Positions 58,258-64,000 of a DNA stretch of 64,000 nucleotides are shown in pieces (the first letter of the stretch is position 1; every line of letters begins with the position of its first letter). Below the pieces are notes generated by a model that was not told the origin of the DNA, did not search any database, and was given only the letters and a program-made list of their open reading frames with translations. The translations under genes and the position numbers were made by a program. Location: assembly GCA_963665125.2 (NCBI GenBank), contig CAXXUK010000002.1, positions 160,001 through 224,000 of the forward strand, written 5' to 3'. The stretch comes from an uncultured Desulfarculus sp. (lineage in GTDB: Bacteria > Desulfobacterota > Desulfarculia > Desulfarculales > Desulfarculaceae).

Positions 58258-59010
58258 ATGTTGAACGAACAGATGCTGGTATGGTTCCCCGTGGCCGCCC
58301 TGGCCGCCTACCTGCCGGCCACGGTGCTCGGCCTAATGCGTCAGGCCCGGTTTTGCCGGATACTGGGGAGCATCGGCCTGTTGGCCCTGCTTTCGGGCAT
58401 CGGCTCCGTCTGCTGGCTGGCCTGGCGACCACCAATGTACGGCCCCTTCGAGTCCATGATCTACCTCGCCGTTGTCATCGGCCTGGTTGGCTGGTTCACC
58501 GGCCGGGGCCCGGCGCCTCTGCCGGGCGGCTGGTCCGAAGGCCTCATTTCGGCCATTCTTCTTCTGTTGCTCACCTTCCCGGCCGAGCTGGACGTGGATT
58601 TCTACATGTATGACCACCCGCTGCCGATCCTGTTCTTCCAGCTTCGCCTGGTGGCGGTGGGCATATTGATGTCGGCGTCGCTTTTTTATCTGGCTACCCT
58701 GACCAAACTGAAGCAAAACGGCGAGCGCGCCCTTTTGATGCAAAACGGCCGCAACTTTCTGCTGCTGGGCATGACCTGCTTTTTGGGCGGCGAATTCTGC
58801 GGCTCCTTATGGTGCCTGCTCTGGCTGGGCGAATACTGGCGTTGGACCAACAACTTCCTAATGGCCACGCTGATGTTCCTGCTGATGATGCCGGCCTTTC
58901 ACCTGCCGCCGCGTCTGGCGGCCAAGCCGGTGCTCAAGGCCCTTCTGGGAGGTCTGCCCGGGCTCATCCTGTTCACGCTGACCATAGTCCATCAGGTGTT
59001 GCACGCATGA
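58258..59010 (+). CDS. Divergent CcsA/ResC-like cytochrome c biogenesis membrane protein
   Basis: RPPMYGPFES and the Trp-rich GSLWCLLWLGEYWRW (WWD-like) motif; multiple TMs. Confidence 0.7.
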   Translation: MLNEQMLVWFPVAALAAYLPATVLGLMRQARFCRILGSIGLLALLSGIGSVCWLAWRPPMYGPFESMIYLAVVIGLVGWFTGRGPAPLPGGWSEGLISAILLLLLTFPAELDVDFYMYDHPLPILFFQLRLVAVGILMSASLFYLATLTKLKQNGERALLMQNGRNFLLLGMTCFLGGEFCGSLWCLLWLGEYWRWTNNFLMATLMFLLMMPAFHLPPRLAAKPVLKALLGGLPGLILFTLTIVHQVLHA

Positions 59011-59807
59011 TCAAGAAAATCGCCTCACTATACGTAACCCTGGCGTCCCTGGCGGGCATGATCATCTGCCTGTTCTGGGGCTGGATCATGGGCTTCACCC
59101 CGGCTTTCCGGCCGGTGATGCGCTCCATGAACGATCAGCTGATCATCGACTGGCTCCTCGACGCCCTCACCGCCCACCCCACGGTGGCTGTCTGGTTCAT
59201 CCTGCTGTGCCTGTGCGCGGCCGTGCTGTTCGTCAACCTGGCCGCCTGCACCGTCGACCGCCTGTGGCCCTGGATCCAAAACGGCGGCGGAACGCGGCGG
59301 GTCCTGCTGCTGGCCTCCCACGTGCTTTTCGCCGTGATTCTATTGGGCCATGCCTCCAGCTTCGTGGTCGGCTTCAAGTACGACATGATCAAGCTCACCG
59401 ACGGCGGAGTAATGCCCCTGGAACAGGGCTATGAATTGCGGGTTGAAAAGGTCGTCTATCTCGACGACCCGGAGCTGTTAAAGCTGGAGCACAAAAAGTC
59501 CAAACGCGTACTGACCAGGGAGGCCTTCAACCGCTACGAAAACGGCGCAGTTGTCTCCATGTTCAAAGACGGTCAAAAGATAATATACGGCAAGGCGCTC
59601 TTGTTGCAGCCGCTAAACGAAGGCCAGATAACGGTGTCCTTGACCGGCATGTATATCGACGAGGACGACCCCAAGGAGCAGCCGGGCGGGGTCTTCGCGG
59701 TGGTCAAAAGCCCTTTCAACGAGCTGTTCTTCGCGGCCTACGCCCTTTTGATCATCTGCATGTTCGGTTTGCTTTTCGCCGGCTGGCGCAAGGTTAGCGA
59801 CGACTGA
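59007..59807 (+). CDS. ResB/CcsB-like membrane protein (short)
   Basis: WF..L..NLAACT and SHVLFAVILLG pattern, periplasmic domain, C-terminal TM; ATGA overlap. Confidence 0.6.
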   Translation: MIKKIASLYVTLASLAGMIICLFWGWIMGFTPAFRPVMRSMNDQLIIDWLLDALTAHPTVAVWFILLCLCAAVLFVNLAACTVDRLWPWIQNGGGTRRVLLLASHVLFAVILLGHASSFVVGFKYDMIKLTDGGVMPLEQGYELRVEKVVYLDDPELLKLEHKKSKRVLTREAFNRYENGAVVSMFKDGQKIIYGKALLLQPLNEGQITVSLTGMYIDEDDPKEQPGGVFAVVKSPFNELFFAAYALLIICMFGLLFAGWRKVSDD

Positions 59808-59857
59808 GGCCCCGGTGCGGCCTTGTGGTTCCGCAAGGTCGCACACGGAAAACGCGA

Positions 59858-61252
59858 TCAGTTGCCGGGCTTGGGCCCGATGCTTTCGATGACCCGCATG
59901 CTCTTCCATTTGCCGCCGCGGTACCGCAGCCAAAGCAAGGTGCCCAGAATCCAGATATAGACCGTGATCATCGGCCAGACCACGTACACCCCGGCGTGGG
60001 CAACCTCCACCAGCAGATACACCGGCACCAACATCACCGTGAACGATGCCGCGGCGATGACCATCATGACGTAGCGGGAATCTCCGGCGCCCTTTAGGGC
60101 TCCGGCGTAGATGATGCCCAGGCCGTCGAAAAGACAATACACCGCCACCAGCCGTAGCAAAATCACGCCGAGATCCATGACCTGGGCCTTGACCACCGGG
60201 TCCTGGGCGCCTGCCTGGAACCAGGCGATCAACTCCCGGGGAAACACCTGAAACGCGGTCATCACTACGGCCATGTAGGCCAGGGTGATATGCAGGGTGG
60301 AGCTTGTGGCAGTCACGGCGTCTTCGGGCCTGCCCCGGCCGATGGCCTGGCCGACCATGGTGCTAAGCCCCACCGAAAATCCGATCATGGGCAAAAAGGC
60401 CAGGGAGTCTATGGAAAAAACGATATTGGTTGCCGCCAGTTCGATGGTGCCCAGCCTGCCGATCATGAAAATAAAGAAGGTGAAGGCGAATATCTCCAGG
60501 AAGAACTGGACCCCGCCGGGCAGGCCAAAGCGCATCAACCGGCCGAACAATTCTCGTTCCAGGCCGATCCTGGCCAATACGGCGAAGCGTTTGTTGTGCT
60601 GTCTGTTAAAGACCAACAAGACGAACAGGCACGTCGTAAAGACCTGGGCGGTCACGGTGGCTATTCCGGCCCCCACTATGCCCATCTCCGGAAACGGCCC
60701 CGCCCCGTAGATCAGGCAGTAGTCCAGGGGGATGTTCAAGGCCGCGCCCAGGAAATTGACGATCATCACCGGCCGGGTTATGCCCCTGCCGGAAAAAAAG
60801 CAGCCCAGGGTCACGGCCATCACCGCGAATCCGGCGCCGATGGTAAGAATTCGGAAATAGGCCACTTCAAGCCAGTAGATGCTCTCGGGGTGGCCGCCCA
60901 GGATGAACAGGGGTTCGGCCAAGAAAAACAGCGACGCCAGCACCGCCCCGGCGAAAACACTGAACCAGATGCCCTGCCACAGGGCCGCGCCCACGCGGTC
61001 GTGGGCTCCGGAGCCGACGTACTGGGCTATGAATACATTGGTGTAGGAGGCCACGCCCATGAAGAACGAGATAAACAAAAAGCTGGTTATGCCTGCGGGC
61101 AAGGACGCGGCAATTGCCTCCACGGAGTAGTTGCCCAGGAAAATGCGGTCGGTGAATTGCATCAGGGTGGTGGCGGCCATGGATACCACCAGGGGCAGGC
61201 CGATGCGCAGCACCTCCCTATAACCGCCCGTGATAGACCACCTTTTCCACAT
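59858..61252 (-). CDS. MATE family efflux transporter
   Basis: LPL..MQFTDRIFLG, IAQYVG, NIPLDY, GAGIAT, VGQAIG, GALKGAGD. Confidence 0.95.
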   Translation of the reverse strand: MWKRWSITGGYREVLRIGLPLVVSMAATTLMQFTDRIFLGNYSVEAIAASLPAGITSFLFISFFMGVASYTNVFIAQYVGSGAHDRVGAALWQGIWFSVFAGAVLASLFFLAEPLFILGGHPESIYWLEVAYFRILTIGAGFAVMAVTLGCFFSGRGITRPVMIVNFLGAALNIPLDYCLIYGAGPFPEMGIVGAGIATVTAQVFTTCLFVLLVFNRQHNKRFAVLARIGLERELFGRLMRFGLPGGVQFFLEIFAFTFFIFMIGRLGTIELAATNIVFSIDSLAFLPMIGFSVGLSTMVGQAIGRGRPEDAVTATSSTLHITLAYMAVVMTAFQVFPRELIAWFQAGAQDPVVKAQVMDLGVILLRLVAVYCLFDGLGIIYAGALKGAGDSRYVMMVIAAASFTVMLVPVYLLVEVAHAGVYVVWPMITVYIWILGTLLWLRYRGGKWKSMRVIESIGPKPGN

Positions 61253-61345
61253 GAGAGCACCCGTAACCCGTAAAAGAATATGACGCGTCCCTGCCGGAGG
61301 ACGCGCCTAGAGGAGATGAAAGTCTATAGGCCTGCAACGGGCCTG

Positions 61346-64000
61346 TCAATCAAGCCTGCCCAGCATCTCCTCCAATTCCGAAGCCAGCACGGGACGCCCC
61401 AACATGTTGCCCTGAACCTGGTCGCACATCATCTTGCGCAAGACCGCGAGTTGTTCATTGGTCTCAACCCCTTTTGCAACTACGATCAGGCCCATGGTGT
61501 GGCCCAGGGCAATAATGCCGCGGACAATGGCTTCACCCTGGGGGAATTCGGTAACGCCTGCCGTGAATTCAGGGGCGAACTTGATCTGGTCCAAGGGCAG
61601 CGCCCTGAGGTTTTCAATGGAACAGGCTCCGGAACCGAAATTATCCAACGACAGCCGCACGCCCAAATCGGCAAACTCGCGCAAGGCCGCTACAACTTCG
61701 GTGTGTTCGGTAAAAACAGGGGCCTCGGCAAACTCTAGTTCGAGGTTAGCCGGCGGCAGCCCGGAAATGCTCAGAGATTCTTGAACAAACCGGACAACGT
61801 TTTTGTCGCACAACTGAATGGTGGACAATCTTACCGACAATACCAAATCCGGATCCATGGCCATCCATCGCCTCGCCTGGCTGCAGGCCTGGGTCAAGGC
61901 CCAATTCCCGATGGGGATGATCAAGCCGGTTTCCTCGGCCAAATCAACAAAAGCATCGGATCCGAGACAACCTCTTTGGGGATGAATCCAGCGCAACAAG
62001 GCTTCCACGCCCACGATCCGGTTGCCGCTGATGTCAAACTGAGGCTGATAATGGATCTGGAATTGGTTTTTTTCCAAGGCCTGGCGCAGTTCGCCTTCCA
62101 GCAATATCCGCCTCTGCATGGCTTCCTGGAGCGACGGAGTAAACAGCTGGTAATTGTTTTTGCCTTTTTCCTTGGCCCGGTACATGGCCAGGTCGGCGTT
62201 TTTCATCAGGCTCGGGACATCCCCCCCGTCATTTGGATACAAAGCGATGCCCATGCTGGCCCGGACTCTGACGGTTTGCCCGTGCAGGTCCATGGCCAAG
62301 GCCAGGCTTTCCAGAACCCTGCGGCACACGCGAACCGCCGCCGCCTCCGATTCCACCGCCTCAAGGACCATCACAAATTCGTCGCCGCCCAGCCGGGCCA
62401 CGGTGTCCTGCTCCCTGAGGCAACCTTGCAACCGAGCCGCGGTCCGCTTGAGCACGACGTCGCCGGCGTCATGGCCAAAGGTGTCGTTGATCGTCTTGAA
62501 GTTGTCCAGGTCTATGAATACGACGCCCACCTTCAAGTCGTTGCGCCGGGCGTGCTGGATCGCATGGGCCAGGCGGTCTTGCAGCAGTGCGCGATTGGGC
62601 AGGCCGGTGAGGGCGTCATGATAGGCCTGGTATTCAAACCGTTCCTGGGATCGTTTTATCTCCGTGATATCATAGAAAATCGCCAGGTAATAGACGATAC
62701 GGTCCTGGTAATCCCTGATGATCGTCAGGGTCAGCCACTCGGGATAGGCCTCGCCGTTTTTACGGCGGTTCCAGTACTCACCGCTCCATTGGCCGTTTTC
62801 CGCCAGGCCCAACAAAACCTTTTCCTGCAATTCCAGCGAGTCTGATTCCGACCGCAGCACATCCAGTTGCCTGCCCACCAGTTCATTGGTGTCATAGCCG
62901 GTTATGGCCGTGCAGGCGGGGTTGGCCATCAGCACGATGCCGCCGGCGTCTGCCACGACTATGCCTTCAATCGCGTTTTCGATGACCTTGGCGGCCATGG
63001 CCTGTTCCTGTTCGGAACTCTTTCGCTCGGTGATGTCCCTGGCCAGGGCTACGAAACGGTCCTCGCCCAGCGGCGCTATGCGCACTTCGTAATTGCGCCG
63101 CCTGTCCTCCTCCTCCAACTCATATTCCAGGTTGACCACTTCCCGGCGTTTACCGGCCAGTTCGAGGGCCACCTTTATGCGTTCGGCCACTTCCTCGGGC
63201 ATTATCTGTTCAATGTTATTACCCAGAAACTCCTCCGGAGGCACAAGGGGCCTCGACTCCGAACCACCGTGAAATTCCAGGTATCGCCCGTGCTTATCGA
63301 CAAGAAAAAACATATCCGGCATGGCCTTGAAAATGGCTTCGAACTCTTCCTGTTTGTTCCGCAATACGGTGGTGGCTTTGGCAACATTGCGCCGCAGCAG
63401 CCAGTTCCAGGCGATCACGGCGGCCACCAAGACCAGGCAAACCAGGAAAACCGCGGCAAGCAGTTTCCATTGGTACGACGAAACAGCCCTTCGCCCGGTC
63501 CAGCGCAGCACAACCTCCATCTTTTCATCATTGGTAATAAGGGAAAAGCCCTGGTTGATCAGTTCCAGCAATTGCTTGTCTTGGGCCCGGACACCGGCCC
63601 GCAGCATTTCGGCGAGCACCGGCTTGTCGGAAAATTGAAATTGCTCCAGGGCGCCGTATTTGGCCAGTATGAATTTGGCCACCGGCTCATCGCAAACAAA
63701 GACCTTCACCTTGCCGCCGAGGGCCATCTTGATCAAGGCATCGTAATTGGGAGCCAACACAAGGGGGATGTCCGGCACGGCCTGTTTCAGGTGATTTTCC
63801 ATGAAATCGCCGCGGACAACGCCGACCTGAAAACCATTCAGCCCTTGCAGGTCGTTTATCCGGTTTATTGTTTTGGAGGATATGATGCTGATATTGAGCT
63901 TGAAATAGGGCTGGCTAAATCCCAAGGCAGGGTCATCGCGCAGAAAAATACCGCCTATGACATCCGCCTTGCCTTGGCGGACCATTTCAATGGCCTTGTT
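61346..64000 (-). CDS. Periplasmic-binding/PAS/PAS/GGDEF/EAL signalling protein (5' end outside the window)
   Basis: Frame is open to the window edge; SBP-like N-terminus, TM, two PAS, DALTGLPNR, RLGGDEF, degenerate EAL. Confidence 0.93.
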   Translation of the reverse strand, partial: NKAIEMVRQGKADVIGGIFLRDDPALGFSQPYFKLNISIISSKTINRINDLQGLNGFQVGVVRGDFMENHLKQAVPDIPLVLAPNYDALIKMALGGKVKVFVCDEPVAKFILAKYGALEQFQFSDKPVLAEMLRAGVRAQDKQLLELINQGFSLITNDEKMEVVLRWTGRRAVSSYQWKLLAAVFLVCLVLVAAVIAWNWLLRRNVAKATTVLRNKQEEFEAIFKAMPDMFFLVDKHGRYLEFHGGSESRPLVPPEEFLGNNIEQIMPEEVAERIKVALELAGKRREVVNLEYELEEEDRRRNYEVRIAPLGEDRFVALARDITERKSSEQEQAMAAKVIENAIEGIVVADAGGIVLMANPACTAITGYDTNELVGRQLDVLRSESDSLELQEKVLLGLAENGQWSGEYWNRRKNGEAYPEWLTLTIIRDYQDRIVYYLAIFYDITEIKRSQERFEYQAYHDALTGLPNRALLQDRLAHAIQHARRNDLKVGVVFIDLDNFKTINDTFGHDAGDVVLKRTAARLQGCLREQDTVARLGGDEFVMVLEAVESEAAAVRVCRRVLESLALAMDLHGQTVRVRASMGIALYPNDGGDVPSLMKNADLAMYRAKEKGKNNYQLFTPSLQEAMQRRILLEGELRQALEKNQFQIHYQPQFDISGNRIVGVEALLRWIHPQRGCLGSDAFVDLAEETGLIIPIGNWALTQACSQARRWMAMDPDLVLSVRLSTIQLCDKNVVRFVQESLSISGLPPANLELEFAEAPVFTEHTEVVAALREFADLGVRLSLDNFGSGACSIENLRALPLDQIKFAPEFTAGVTEFPQGEAIVRGIIALGHTMGLIVVAKGVETNEQLAVLRKMMCDQVQGNMLGRPVLASELEEMLGRLD

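Overview
A mostly GC-rich, gene-dense chromosomal window. Gene content (hcp, AOR, xsc, CCG protein, sigma54 activator, TonB receptor) suggests an anaerobic Gram-negative bacterium, probably a sulfate-reducing deltaproteobacterium (inference only). It has about 55 CDS, with no rRNA, tRNA, CRISPR array, integrase or intact transposase seen. Core genes include aroC, aroQ, priA, deoC, hcp, glgB and xsc. Most notable: (1) a secreted Cys-rich gene absent from the ORF track (41251-41667, minus strand; regular CX3C repeats, one internal TAA), lying behind a signal-peptide-bearing amidinotransferase in a putative sigma54-driven operon; (2) a ~2 kb AT-richer TetR/methyltransferase cassette flanked by two copies of the aroQ 3' end that differ only at synonymous sites; (3) a TonB/ABC uptake operon coupled to an NTPase and a divergent CcsA/ResB-like pair; (4) two orphan paralogues resembling phage tail chaperones; (5) a tandem structured repeat with a compensatory base-pair change; (6) several enzymes with altered catalytic motifs. 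All family calls come from motifs recognised by eye; no database searches were run.
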